The notes beneath the pieces are model-generated. The model saw nothing but the letters and a program-made list of their open reading frames with translations, was not told the DNA's origin and did not search any database. The translations under genes and the position numbers were made by a program. From assembly GCA_014729135.1 (NCBI GenBank), contig WJKK01000001.1:64593-128592 (forward strand): a stretch of 64,000 bases of DNA. Direction: 5' to 3'. Within the stretch, counting starts at the first letter, position 1. Each line of letters begins with the position of its first letter. The stretch comes from a candidate division WWE3 bacterium (lineage in GTDB: Bacteria; Patescibacteriota; WWE3; UBA101185; UBA10185). Positions 1 to 9,572 of this stretch are shown piece after piece.

Positions 1-3000
1 CCTAGCACCTCTGATAGCAGGCACCTTCTACCTATTCAATTTAAACACTCTGGCGACATTCTATTTCCCTATTTTTCCTTTTGTAGCAAGGTTTTACTCG
101 CTTCCACTGCTAACTTTGGCATGGCTAAAAATTCTTGAGAAAAACACAAGTAGAAAAAGCTGGATATTCTTAGGAGTAACACTAATCATCACACTCCCAA
201 GTTACATCATTGCAACCGTATTTATAACCAATATGATTCTTTTGGTATTAGTAAGCATTTTTCGAGGAAATCTAAAAAATTCCCTGAGGGGATTCCTTTT
301 CATAATCTTGATTAATACCTTTTGGCTAATCCCCTTTTCTAGCTACACACTACAAAAATCGGAAATAATGCGGTTAGCACCGACATTTATAGATGCTAAT
401 GAGACCCAACTAAACAAACCAAAGACATATCACTCTCTTAAAAAACAGGCTATTCTGCTTCCCAGCTTCTTCGAAACCACTGTGAAATCCCCAAACCTTG
501 ACAGCAACCTCACAAAACACCTCCACCCCCTAGCAGAAAGACAGGGGCAAGGAAATACAAAGCCGATTTTGTACATTTTCCCCACACTATACATATTATC
601 CTGCCTAATAATATTCCTGAGGCCAAGACAGAACAAAAAGATACTATGGATTCCCACAACTACAATATTCTTCCTTGTCATGACAATGAAAGAATTCTCT
701 GAGCTGGGATTCATCTATGCGTTTCTAGATAAATACCTACCGTTATTTGGTGTAGTATTTCGGTTTGGGGATACTAAATTACATACGTATATAGCCTTTG
801 CAGGAGCTCTTGCCATAGGCATAGCAGCGGGTCAGATCATAAAAAAAACAGAAAACAAAAAAATCTTACAAGGGGGCGTGACCCTAGGGACAACGCTGAT
901 CCTTGTAGCAACGGGAATAGTATTCAGGGAGTATTTTACTGGAAATCTAGTAGGATTTTTTATATACAACAGGATCCCGCAGGCTTACTACGAGATAGCA
1001 GAGACAGTACAAGAAACCTCTAAAGAGGGGCGTGTAGTGCATCTTCCTTATGATGAGAAGGTATATTGGAGGTCTTACGAATGGGGATACATTGGTTCAC
1101 ACTTCTTCGGATACATACTGGAAAATCCCCTGATTGAAAAAACATTCGAACCTGCAAGTATGGAAAACGCATACTTAAATGAGGAGGTACTTGAAATAAC
1201 CAAAAATTCGAGAAATTTGGCAAGCCAGGAAGGGATCAACCGCAGGGCACAGAAACTCTACAAACTTCTAAAAATGGCGGGAGTTAGCCATATAATCCAC
1301 GATGAAACGGTAAAAACAGCTAGTCTTCCACGAGGCCTCCTGTTCTGGGCAAATTTCAATCACAAAGACATAGAAATACTTCTACATGCATTGGAAAAGT
1401 CGGAACTCATAGAAAAACAGGAAACCGCCAATATAGACTTACGTGATTATATATACGATTATGAGAAACTCTTCACGGTTGAAGAGAAGCTTCTACAAGA
1501 ATATAAAATGGGCCCAATTAGGCACTTAACCCTATATAAGGTAAAAGAACCGGAAAGAAAATTTGAATTTGTAAAGGAAATTGTCAATATCAAACCAGGT
1601 AAAAATCTATTGTATGCATTAGAGAACTTAACAGAAAACTTTCGAGAAGCTCCTACGGAAACAGGTTACATTTACTTCCCTTTCAAAACCCCAACAAACA
1701 CTATGAATAAAGAAGAGACAGGGATAAACCTGAAAGTAGGAGAGACCGGGCCAAATGGAAACAACAGCATAGAAACAATGGAGAGCAGCACTCAACATCT
1801 GTTAAATTTAGAAGTTAAAAAGGAGAACGAACAGATTTTCATACGTATAAATGAATTCACCTTACCTCAATTGGACAACAAAAAGTTCTTAAAAAATGTA
1901 GCGGAATTCAGCTATACTCCTGCGGAGGAAAAACAAGACTTCACTACAGACACTCCCAGGTACTTAGCAGACTGGCATGTACTTCCCTATCAAAATTTTG
2001 CCGAAACGAGATTACGCATTGAAGAAACAGTGATACCGCTTCCAAAGAACCAAAATACAAACTACACAGAAATCGCAAACATTTTAGTTCACACAAATGA
2101 CCCCATTATTGAAATTCTAGAACCCGAGATAGCCGTAGAAATCAATCCTGCAGAAATTGCTCTCACTGAAAACCCAAACTGTGTGGGAGACATGCTAGAT
2201 AAATATGAGGTGGAAAGAACATGGAATAACGAAAGCGTGCGAGTTAATGTAACAAATGGATCAGCATGTCTCTGGAGAGGCATTCAAACCGAAATAGATA
2301 AAACACCCTATGCGGAAATTTCTTTGGCAACAAGAGCAAGTACCCAAGATCTGGAAAAAAACTTCAAACCAAATCCTACGGACACAAGCAAACCTCAATT
2401 ACGAAACGTGATAACCTCACTAGAGAAACCAACTATCCTAGAAATATGCCTAAAAGAAGCAAGTACAGATAGGTGCCTAAATAAACACAGACTCCTAAAA
2501 CTAACCCAGGAAGAGAGCACCGCTACAGTGCCAATAAGCTCGAACACCTCTAACAGCCAAAATATCCTAGCGCTATTTACCCTCAAAAACATGGGTTATC
2601 AGAAGATGAAACTGCAAATAAGCGATGTCAGGCTGCACAAATTCGCCAAAACTAACGAATTTGAGGTTAATTTAGCAAATCCGGGCTTAAAAATTGAAAA
2701 CATACAAACAGCAGAAGCAATTGAAATACCAAAAATCCTATCTAATAATTCTTTCTACTACAACCCAGAAATTGAGGGCCTCTATGCCTCTAATGGGGCC
2801 TGCTCCTACAAGAGAAATGGTTACAACACGAATAGACTACTTTCAAATATATGGGTGGGATATACAGAAAACTGCAAAAATGATACTTTCCAAACGGTCC
2901 CCTACTTAGATGAAGGGTTTTATTTGTGGAATTATGAGTATAACCTTGCGTCAGGAAAATTCCCGGAATTTAAAGTAAGTGGTCCGTCAATAACTCTTAT

Positions 3001-3703
3001 TAACAATTGGACATCTTTAAATCAAGGCTATCCGGATATAACCGGGTTTAAGGCTTTTCAGGATCCGGAATATTTCTTTAACAACAGCGGCTACGAGGAT
3101 GTTAAAACCCGCTTGGAGAATCTAAGTTTTCAACAAACGTACGAGTACATCTACCCTCAACCGGGAATGGAGAATAATCAACCTAAAAACTACTCTATAG
3201 AACAATTCGCTGAAAATGAGGGTTTAATTCTAATAAAAAGTTTTGAAATAGTGGAATTACCGAAGCATTGGGAGCATCTTGCCTTAAAAGGACAAGACTA
3301 CAAGGAAGCCTTTGATACCCCTGCAAATTACTCCTACAGAAAAATCCTCCCTTCCCTGTGGAAAATCGAAATAGAAAAAGCGCAAACAGATAAAAATTAT
3401 CTCCTCAAATTCAACGAAGGTTTTGATAAACAATGGACAATGTTTGTTAAAGGAACAAATATTTTACCCAAAAGGATTGAAAAGGCTGGCCATACAAGGT
3501 GCAATGGACTTGTAAACTGCTTTGAAATCGACGTCAGAGATGTAACTTCAAAAGAAAAAACAATAAAGCTATGGGTATTCTATTGGCCGGATGTGTTTTA
3601 CTGGATGGGAATAGCAATCTCTCTAGGCACTCTCGTTGCAGGAGCTATTTACCTAAAACAAAAGCAATCCCCTGTTTTAGCTGACGATAAACCCACCAAC
3701 TAA
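1..3703 (+). CDS. Large polytopic membrane protein, 5'-partial at the window edge; function unknown
   Basis: The ORF track starts at a TTG at 116, but the same frame is open back to nt 2 with hydrophobic residues, so the gene likely begins upstream of the window. Many N-terminal TM helices, an ~800 aa hydrophilic domain, and a C-terminal TM (VFYWMGIAISLGTLVAGAIYL). Stop TAA at 3701-3703. Confidence 0.6.
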   Translation, partial: LAPLIAGTFYLFNLNTLATFYFPIFPFVARFYSLPLLTLAWLKILEKNTSRKSWIFLGVTLIITLPSYIIATVFITNMILLVLVSIFRGNLKNSLRGFLFIILINTFWLIPFSSYTLQKSEIMRLAPTFIDANETQLNKPKTYHSLKKQAILLPSFFETTVKSPNLDSNLTKHLHPLAERQGQGNTKPILYIFPTLYILSCLIIFLRPRQNKKILWIPTTTIFFLVMTMKEFSELGFIYAFLDKYLPLFGVVFRFGDTKLHTYIAFAGALAIGIAAGQIIKKTENKKILQGGVTLGTTLILVATGIVFREYFTGNLVGFFIYNRIPQAYYEIAETVQETSKEGRVVHLPYDEKVYWRSYEWGYIGSHFFGYILENPLIEKTFEPASMENAYLNEEVLEITKNSRNLASQEGINRRAQKLYKLLKMAGVSHIIHDETVKTASLPRGLLFWANFNHKDIEILLHALEKSELIEKQETANIDLRDYIYDYEKLFTVEEKLLQEYKMGPIRHLTLYKVKEPERKFEFVKEIVNIKPGKNLLYALENLTENFREAPTETGYIYFPFKTPTNTMNKEETGINLKVGETGPNGNNSIETMESSTQHLLNLEVKKENEQIFIRINEFTLPQLDNKKFLKNVAEFSYTPAEEKQDFTTDTPRYLADWHVLPYQNFAETRLRIEETVIPLPKNQNTNYTEIANILVHTNDPIIEILEPEIAVEINPAEIALTENPNCVGDMLDKYEVERTWNNESVRVNVTNGSACLWRGIQTEIDKTPYAEISLATRASTQDLEKNFKPNPTDTSKPQLRNVITSLEKPTILEICLKEASTDRCLNKHRLLKLTQEESTATVPISSNTSNSQNILALFTLKNMGYQKMKLQISDVRLHKFAKTNEFEVNLANPGLKIENIQTAEAIEIPKILSNNSFYYNPEIEGLYASNGACSYKRNGYNTNRLLSNIWVGYTENCKNDTFQTVPYLDEGFYLWNYEYNLASGKFPEFKVSGPSITLINNWTSLNQGYPDITGFKAFQDPEYFFNNSGYEDVKTRLENLSFQQTYEYIYPQPGMENNQPKNYSIEQFAENEGLILIKSFEIVELPKHWEHLALKGQDYKEAFDTPANYSYRKILPSLWKIEIEKAQTDKNYLLKFNEGFDKQWTMFVKGTNILPKRIEKAGHTRCNGLVNCFEIDVRDVTSKEKTIKLWVFYWPDVFYWMGIAISLGTLVAGAIYLKQKQSPVLADDKPTN

Positions 3704-4508
3704 GTCTTGGGGGCAAAAGTTTATTGCTTAGAAGCTGGAAAACCCAATATGCCTGCGTTACTAAGCTTCCTTTTTGAACATTATTGTGGGCATATCTATG
3801 AGCCTTATACAAACTGTCAGCCATCTTACCCATGTATTTTAAGGAACCGGCCTCACCGTGCCATCTTACATCTACTAAAACTTCCTGCAGATTGGCTAAC
3901 TTGCCTTTAGCTCCAAGCTTATACCAAAACTGAGTATCATCCGCAGGCCAATAATCCTGCTCGTAACCACCTGCTGAAAGCGCAGTTGACTTTCTATACA
4001 TCACAGTAGGATCTGAAAAGGGTCCCACGTACAACCAATGTTTCCGAATTTTTTCATCTGTAGACATAAACTTTAGAACCATAACTTCCTCACCAAATTC
4101 ATCAAACAAGCGAATCCAAGAGCCAACAGCCACTACATCAGAATGCTTCTCCAAAAAGTCCACCTGCTTTTGCAACCGATCGGGGCGCATTAGGTCATCC
4201 TGATTTAAACGGGCAATACACTCCCCTTTTGCGTTATTTAGGATATGGTTTAAGACGTTAGAAAGCCCCTGATTTTCTTTGTACGAATGAAAGGTAATAT
4301 TAGGATGATTTTGGGCTAAGGCCTTACATACCTCAAAGCTGTCATCTGTGGAACCATCATTTATTAAAAAAATTTCAAAGTCGGTAAAAGTACTCTTTTC
4401 AACAGAGTCTATAGCGTCCTTTATATATTGGGAACCGTTGTAAACGGGAATGGCTACAGTTACTTTGGGGGTTTCTATTTGGGAGGTTTGAATTGTTTTT
4501 GAAGACAT
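3645..4508 (-). CDS. Glycosyltransferase family 2 (GT-A fold)
   Basis: N-terminal VTVAIPVYNGSQYIKDAIDSV...FEIFLINDGSTDDS is a classic GT2 signature. Its 3' end overlaps the upstream gene's 3' end by 59 nt (convergent). Confidence 0.75.
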   Translation of the reverse strand: MSSKTIQTSQIETPKVTVAIPVYNGSQYIKDAIDSVEKSTFTDFEIFLINDGSTDDSFEVCKALAQNHPNITFHSYKENQGLSNVLNHILNNAKGECIARLNQDDLMRPDRLQKQVDFLEKHSDVVAVGSWIRLFDEFGEEVMVLKFMSTDEKIRKHWLYVGPFSDPTVMYRKSTALSAGGYEQDYWPADDTQFWYKLGAKGKLANLQEVLVDVRWHGEAGSLKYMGKMADSLYKAHRYAHNNVQKGSLVTQAYWVFQLLSNKLLPPRLSWWVYRQLKQGIAFVLGK

Positions 4509-4651
4509 GTGATTTTAATTATGAGGTATTTTAGTGAGTAGTTCAATTTTTAGTTTTTAAGAGGTGTGGGAAATAAGTAAGTTGCTTTATTTAAGAAGTT
4601 ATTAAGAGAAAATGTTAAAAGTAATAAGGAAGTAAACGAAGTAAAAAAGAG

Positions 4652-4733
4652 GGCAAAAAAACGGCGCCTACTTACACATGATCCTCTTAAAAGAGATCCT
4701 CCATACATCTGGAGTGTGTAAGTAGACGCCGTC
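4652..4733 (-). terminator. Long imperfect hairpin (19-bp arms 4660-4678 / 4715-4733, ~36-nt loop) followed by a T-run on the minus strand; putative terminator or boundary element of the GC-rich island
   Basis: aacggcgcctacttacaca ... tgtgtaagtagacgccgtc with one mismatch. Plus-strand aaaaaaa at 4652-4658 reads as a U-tail on the minus-strand transcript, just 3' of CDS 4751-5647. Confidence 0.4.
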
Positions 4734-4750
4734 AGAGCGAACGTCGGGAG

Positions 4751-5647
4751 TTAGTCAGAGCCCCACCATGGGAAATCCCGGGCGGGGTTGATGGGAGCTT
4801 CCCCATCTTCGGTCGGGCAGATGACGACGCCACCGTGAGGGTACTCGAGCCGGATTGGCTCGGTGGCGTCGAAGTTGTACTGGATTTCCTCACCATCAAA
4901 CTGATCTAGGATCAGCGTGGTGTTCCCGAACGTACGTCCGGGCTGGAGCCAGTACAGCGCGAAACCCTCCGTGTACGTCACCGGATCGGAGGCTGATGCC
5001 TCCACGGACCGGCGAATTGCGCCGACGTAGTCGGGGCTGTTCGTCAGGCGATCCAGAGCCACGTACAACTCTCCGGAACCCTTGAGGTCGTTGATCATGG
5101 AGACCAGAACCCCGGCCGGGACGCAGGTGGCGTCTCCAACCTGCCGGATGGCGGCTTCACCGTCGATTTCGGGCGCGCCGTCCAAGGCGATCAACCCGAA
5201 GGTGCTCGGGATGTCCGCGGGGCCGGTGACCGCCCAAACGCCAGTGCGCCCGTCAACGATCAGGGGAGTAACGTTCTCCGGAATCCGGCCGTAGAAGCCG
5301 GTCCAGATGACGTACGTCCCAGAGATCGGGTCCAGCGCGGTGGGACCGTTGACGTGGACCTTTCGGGGGTCCGCGTCTAGGAGATCGATGGCGTCGTAGG
5401 GGTCCAACTCACTGAGGGTGATCACCAGTGCGTCGAACTCCTCCGTCGGCTCCACAGTGGGAACCGCGGTCGGCGGGGCGACGGGAACGGGGGTGGAAAC
5501 GACCGTAGGTTCGGCGGGGGGCGTCGCGTCGGAAGACGCATCGCCGCCGAACAGAACGTAGCCGGCGAATCCCAACCCGAGGGCCAGGACGCCGATCGCG
5601 AACAGAACGACCAAAACCCGGACAACGGCCTTCATGTTAATCGTCAT
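4751..5647 (-). CDS. Membrane-anchored or secreted protein with a Pro/Ala/Thr-rich linker, encoded in a high-GC island; function unknown
   Basis: 298 aa. N-terminal TM/signal anchor (VVRVLVVLFAIGVLALGLGFAGYVLF), then a PPAEPTVVSTPVPVAPPTAVPTVEPT linker. Strong RBS (AAGGAGACTTAAAATG). Local GC ~62-65% versus ~40% in the flanks. Confidence 0.6.
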   Translation of the reverse strand: MTINMKAVVRVLVVLFAIGVLALGLGFAGYVLFGGDASSDATPPAEPTVVSTPVPVAPPTAVPTVEPTEEFDALVITLSELDPYDAIDLLDADPRKVHVNGPTALDPISGTYVIWTGFYGRIPENVTPLIVDGRTGVWAVTGPADIPSTFGLIALDGAPEIDGEAAIRQVGDATCVPAGVLVSMINDLKGSGELYVALDRLTNSPDYVGAIRRSVEASASDPVTYTEGFALYWLQPGRTFGNTTLILDQFDGEEIQYNFDATEPIRLEYPHGGVVICPTEDGEAPINPARDFPWWGSD

Positions 5648-5716
5648 TTTAAGTCTCCTTTGCTCACGCCGTTTTGGCGGAGCTAGTAATTGTTCGAGCG
5701 ATCGAGAAACGCGAAA

Positions 5717-6037
5717 TTACTCCCAGACGAAACGGAGCCGGCGGCGGGAGGGGGCGGCGGGTGCCGGAGCGGGTGCCGGGGAAATCTGATTGGCCCGCTC
5801 GAGCAACTCCTGACCACTATCTGTCAGGATAGCGGCCAGCTCCCGCTGGGCCTCAGCCACGCCCTTACGGGCTTCGTCGGCGGCCTCACGGGCCTCCGAG
5901 ACCTCTCCAGCCTTCTCGGCCAGAGTTTGCATCGCCTCGTCGGCGGCCGTCTGGGCGGCCTGATGGGCGGTCATAGCTTCAGTCAAAACCTCTTGTGCCT
6001 CACGCAAACGCTCCTGAACCTCTACCAATGTAGCCAT
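5717..6037 (-). CDS. Small Ala/Glu-rich coiled-coil protein in the high-GC island; function unknown
   Basis: Start placed at MATLVEVQERL, preceded by AAGGAGGAACAGAAAATG; the ORF track's longer start lacks an RBS. Heptad-like AEAQ/EAxxEA composition and a Pro-Ala tail. Confidence 0.5.
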   Translation of the reverse strand: MATLVEVQERLREAQEVLTEAMTAHQAAQTAADEAMQTLAEKAGEVSEAREAADEARKGVAEAQRELAAILTDSGQELLERANQISPAPAPAPAAPSRRRLRFVWE

Positions 6038-6063
6038 TTTCTGTTCCTCCTTAAGGAATGATT

Positions 6064-6087
6064 GGGGCCTGTGGCCCGGTTTTTTTC
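6064..6087 (+). terminator. GC hairpin plus T7 run at the right edge of the GC-rich island
   Basis: ggggcc-tgt-ggccc followed by ggttttttt. Confidence 0.35.
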
Positions 6088-7030
6088 GAACGATTCCATC
6101 TCCGCAAACTTCTGCAGAGTACTGCAAACCTAAAAGCAACTTGGCACTTTAAATCCTCCCAAATCCCACACTTCACATCTAAAAAACAAACAAAAAGTGC
6201 TCAAAATTACTCCCAAGTTAGCAGTACCCTACTTTGGTTTTGCGTAGTGGAGATTCTGAATCAAGTTCAGAATGACGTTTCCCTTGTCAAAGAAGTATTC
6301 CCTTACCGGAACAACGCTTCCCTATCAGAGAAACATCTCCTTGTCGAAATGACGTTTCTTCACGAAAATCAAAAACCTACAAAAAGGAAAAATGACTTCA
6401 AGAATTTAAGCAATACCTTTGTATTTACTAACTAACCCTATTTAATTATCAAACTGCCTTTAAATGGCTAAAAAGCTATTTAAAAATTCAACCCTTAAAA
6501 ACTTTAAGCAAGATTCTTGCTTTTAGACATTAAGAGCTGATTTAGAAACTCCTCCTAATTGCCAAGCAACCTTTGCGGGGTCGCGTGCATGTATATATAA
6601 AGGAGAAATTGCTAAATCATTTGCTATTTAGCTTAGCCTTTATCCTTGTAAGTGCTGTAAGTAACCGAATAAAGCGGCGTAATAGCTTGTTAGCAATGGT
6701 ATCAGTAGTATCAGTGTTATCGGTGTTATCAGGCCAAACTTTGGAGGTTTTTATGTCCTCCTCATTTGCTGATGACTAAATCATACTATGGGACAGGTGA
6801 CTTGTCAAGTGTTATGGGATACTTTTGTGCTGGGCTGCTTCATTGGCCCACTTTAGTGACCCGCAAGAACACAGCACAAGGAACTGGAAAGGAATCTAGG
6901 AGAGTCCTGTCCGCAACATCCCCTAACTGAGGTTTATTATACTACGGGTTATAGGATGTGTCAACTTGTCGCATTGGATAATAATTTTTGTCATCCAAGC
7001 CCTCTTGTTGAAATGCAAAGTGGGGCAAAA

Positions 7031-7360
7031 CTACAAAAGCAACGCAAATTTCCAAGGAACCTTCACCATAGCATCGTTCACCTCCAAAGGGCTTGCTGAA
7101 AAAATCAGGCCGTAATCTCCTCCTATGGAACGCAGCGTTTCTGCAACTTGAGCGTAGTTCTTCCGGCCGGAACCAACCTCAATAATAAGGCGACGATCAG
7201 GACGCTCCAGAATAAAATCAGCGCCCTCCCGCGAACTATCATAGAACAGGGGCTTCTCTACTCCCGAAATCAACATCTCCTGTAAGTATCCGGCGGTAAT
7301 ATCCTCTAAAAGATACCCCTTATATTTTGAATACGCTTCCTCCCCATTAAGGGCGTACAT
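7031..7360 (-). pseudogene. Possible C-terminal remnant of a third COG1373/DUF4143-type ATPase paralog
   Basis: The 109 aa ORF has GADFILERPDRRLIIEVGSGRKNY, resembling the C-terminal (D...ExK-like) segment of the neighbouring ATPases (EIDFVL...GLEVKNT and KEIDLI...GFEFKWG). No ATPase domain is present. Confidence 0.3.
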
Positions 7361-7537
7361 TAAAGAATAGCGAAAGGCTGGTGAAGTAAAGTAATACAGT
7401 AAATGCGCTTACTGTGTCAACGCGTTGATACAGTAAGTGAAAAACCTCTTTCCTGCCTAGTACATAAGCATTTATAGTAAAACTAAGTAACTTATTCGCG
7501 GTCACTACGTTAAATTTTGCATTAAACTATAAATCAG

Positions 7538-8743
7538 CTACAAATCCCAGGCCATAATTGCCTTATCTAAATCCGTGAAGGTGTTGCTAACCACATAGTA
7601 TTCCTCAATACCCGCGGAATTTGCACGTTTTTTAAGGTTAGCCACATCCCTCTTGGTAGCCGTGTTTTTTACCTCTAAACCCACCTCCTCATTTAAAACA
7701 AAATCAATCTCACCTCCGGAAGAAGTCTGATAATAAGATAATTCATGCCTTCCCACCAAATTCATGTAAACACTGTTTTCCAGCTGACTCCCCTCCGCTA
7801 TAGATCCCAAGATATTAGCCAAACCCGTATCCCGAAAATACACCTTTTTTGCAGAAGAAACCGAATTATCTAAACTGGACTTTTGCGCAAGCAAATCAAT
7901 AACATAAGTCATTTTTAGCAACTCCAAATATTGATAAACTTTCTTACGGCTTATCTTAAGGGCATTAGCCAGTACATCTATATTTAGGCGCTGCCCTACT
8001 CTTTGGGTAAGAAGCTTCAATAAATCGCGTAATTTAGCAATGTCCTCAAAATCAGCAAAAGTAGTGACATCCTTTTGAAAGTAAGAATTGATAATGTCAT
8101 GCAACCGCTTTTTCTTCTCTTCCTGACGTGCGGCTAAGACAACCTCCGGAAAGCCTCCGTAACGAATATATTGGGAATAAAGCTCTTTATAGGCGGATTC
8201 ATGGACTTTCCTTTTGTTTGCCGACAATTGAGAAAGGGTATCCTCCCCCTCCGGAATGACCTTCTTTACCTCCTTAAAATCAAGAAATTCCCTAAATGTA
8301 AGCGGATATAGTTCGAAAATATACTTACGACCGGCAAGGCTTTCTGTAAAGTGATTTTTAATATAGTAACTGGAGGATCCTGAGAGGAAAAACTTAATAT
8401 TGTACTTGTCATAGAGATACTTGACTATAGAGGGAAGATTTGGGCTGAATTGTACTTCATCCAGAAAGACATAGGCTCTTGAGGCCTTTTTTGTTAGGTC
8501 AATGCCGCGTTCTTCTAAGGAGCGTGCCACATCTTCATAACTCTTTAGGGTGAAGATATCTCTAACTAAGGCATCTTCCAGGTCAAGAAAAACCTTGTTG
8601 GAAGTCTGAAGTTGCTTGTAAAAGTGGCGCATAACGGAGGTTTTTCCTACACGACGCATGCCTGTTAAAACGATTACCTGGCGGGAATCCATGTATTTGG
8701 CTATTTCTGGCATTATTTGGCGTTGTATTATTTTTTGTTCCAT
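7538..8743 (-). CDS. AAA+ ATPase of the COG1373/DUF4143 family with a C-terminal PD-(D/E)xK-like segment
   Basis: Walker A VIVLTGMRRVGKTS, Walker B-like VFLDEVQ, C-terminal GGEIDFVLNEEVGLEVKNT. Paralog of CDS 10166-11308. Confidence 0.8.
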   Translation of the reverse strand: MEQKIIQRQIMPEIAKYMDSRQVIVLTGMRRVGKTSVMRHFYKQLQTSNKVFLDLEDALVRDIFTLKSYEDVARSLEERGIDLTKKASRAYVFLDEVQFSPNLPSIVKYLYDKYNIKFFLSGSSSYYIKNHFTESLAGRKYIFELYPLTFREFLDFKEVKKVIPEGEDTLSQLSANKRKVHESAYKELYSQYIRYGGFPEVVLAARQEEKKKRLHDIINSYFQKDVTTFADFEDIAKLRDLLKLLTQRVGQRLNIDVLANALKISRKKVYQYLELLKMTYVIDLLAQKSSLDNSVSSAKKVYFRDTGLANILGSIAEGSQLENSVYMNLVGRHELSYYQTSSGGEIDFVLNEEVGLEVKNTATKRDVANLKKRANSAGIEEYYVVSNTFTDLDKAIMAWDL

Positions 8744-8792
8744 ACTTAGGCCTTATTGTACAATACCCCCCCGTTTGTGTGCAAATTCCGAC

Positions 8793-8813
8793 ACAAATAC
8801 CGGGGGTATTTGT
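8793..8813. promoter_or_regulatory. Perfect 9-bp inverted repeat ACAAATACC-GGG-GGTATTTGT, 50-70 bp upstream of ATPase gene 7538-8743; putative operator
   Basis: Seen directly. A near-identical ~45-bp block including the palindrome recurs upstream of the paralogous ATPase (11421-11441). Confidence 0.5.
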
Positions 8814-8843
8814 GCAAAGGCCGTAAAGTAAGGCACTTTAAAA

Positions 8844-9572
8844 TTAGCTACGGGCTATTTCACTATCTAAAAGCATCAACAACTCCGGCTTGAGATGTGG
8901 CAGAATTTTATTAAGTTTGGCGGTATCCATTAAAGGATTGAGATCCTCACGCAAACGCTTTTCGGTTATATGTTTAGTGATAAAATCCCGAAGGTACTCA
9001 AGATACTCTATGTGGGCTTTACCTGTACGCTCCTCCACCACACGAGCATTCACTGCTATCCCCTGCTCAAAAAACCTATGGATATCATAAAAATCGCGAC
9101 CCGCTATCTTGCCTTTTTTTTCAAACCTTGCTGTAGCTGCAACAAGCTTGTTAGAAAACATTGTTTCAGGCGTGTGACCTTGGCAAAACATGCGCACTTC
9201 CTGAAGCTGAGCCCGCTCGTAAGAATTGAAGGAGCTGGGAGCATCGTTGATATCTATTTTTAGGGTGTTTCTTGCGTTCTCGGGCGCATCATAACGGAGA
9301 AAAAACTGCAGGTAGTTGCGGGATTCATCTTTGATCGCCAGATCTAGATCTGCAAAAATAGTGTGCAGCTCCTGCTTTACCTTAGGTGAAGAATCTTGGT
9401 TGAGCAAATCAAAATCCAAATCCACTGAAAATCTATCCAAAAACCCACGAAGTGCTGCGTAGGTACCTCCTTTGAAAACTAGCTCGTTAGCTAAAATTTC
9501 GTTAGAGAGAATTTCCCGCAGTAAGCGCAACAATTGTACCTTGTGTCTGATTAGACGACGCGGGGCTTTCAT
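8844..9572 (-). CDS. abiEii: AbiEii/AbiGii-family nucleotidyltransferase toxin (type IV TA)
   Basis: N-terminal LVFKGGTYAALRGFLDRFSVDLDFDL matches the hallmark FKGGTAL...R.S.DIDF motif of DUF1814/AbiEii. Start overlaps the upstream gene by 4 nt. Confidence 0.8.
   Translation of the reverse strand: MKAPRRLIRHKVQLLRLLREILSNEILANELVFKGGTYAALRGFLDRFSVDLDFDLLNQDSSPKVKQELHTIFADLDLAIKDESRNYLQFFLRYDAPENARNTLKIDINDAPSSFNSYERAQLQEVRMFCQGHTPETMFSNKLVAATARFEKKGKIAGRDFYDIHRFFEQGIAVNARVVEERTGKAHIEYLEYLRDFITKHITEKRLREDLNPLMDTAKLNKILPHLKPELLMLLDSEIARS

Noticed and set aside
116-123. Taking nt 116 (TTG) or 121 (ATG) as the start of the first gene
   Set aside because: The ATG at 121 is out of frame. The in-frame TTG at 116 is preceded by an open, hydrophobic-coding frame back to nt 2, so the gene is more likely truncated by the window edge.
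3645-3703. The 59-nt convergent overlap between the giant membrane protein and the GT2 gene as evidence of a frameshift/pseudogene
   Set aside because: Both reading frames end at clean stop codons, with conserved domains up to their C-termini. A convergent 3' overlap is unusual but does not require an error.
5690-6061. 123-aa plus-strand ORF (Gly-rich) in the GC island
   Set aside because: Antisense to the RBS-supported coiled-coil gene. High GC inflates open frames on the opposite strand (the same applies to 4855-5085, 5082-5294 and 5422-5625).
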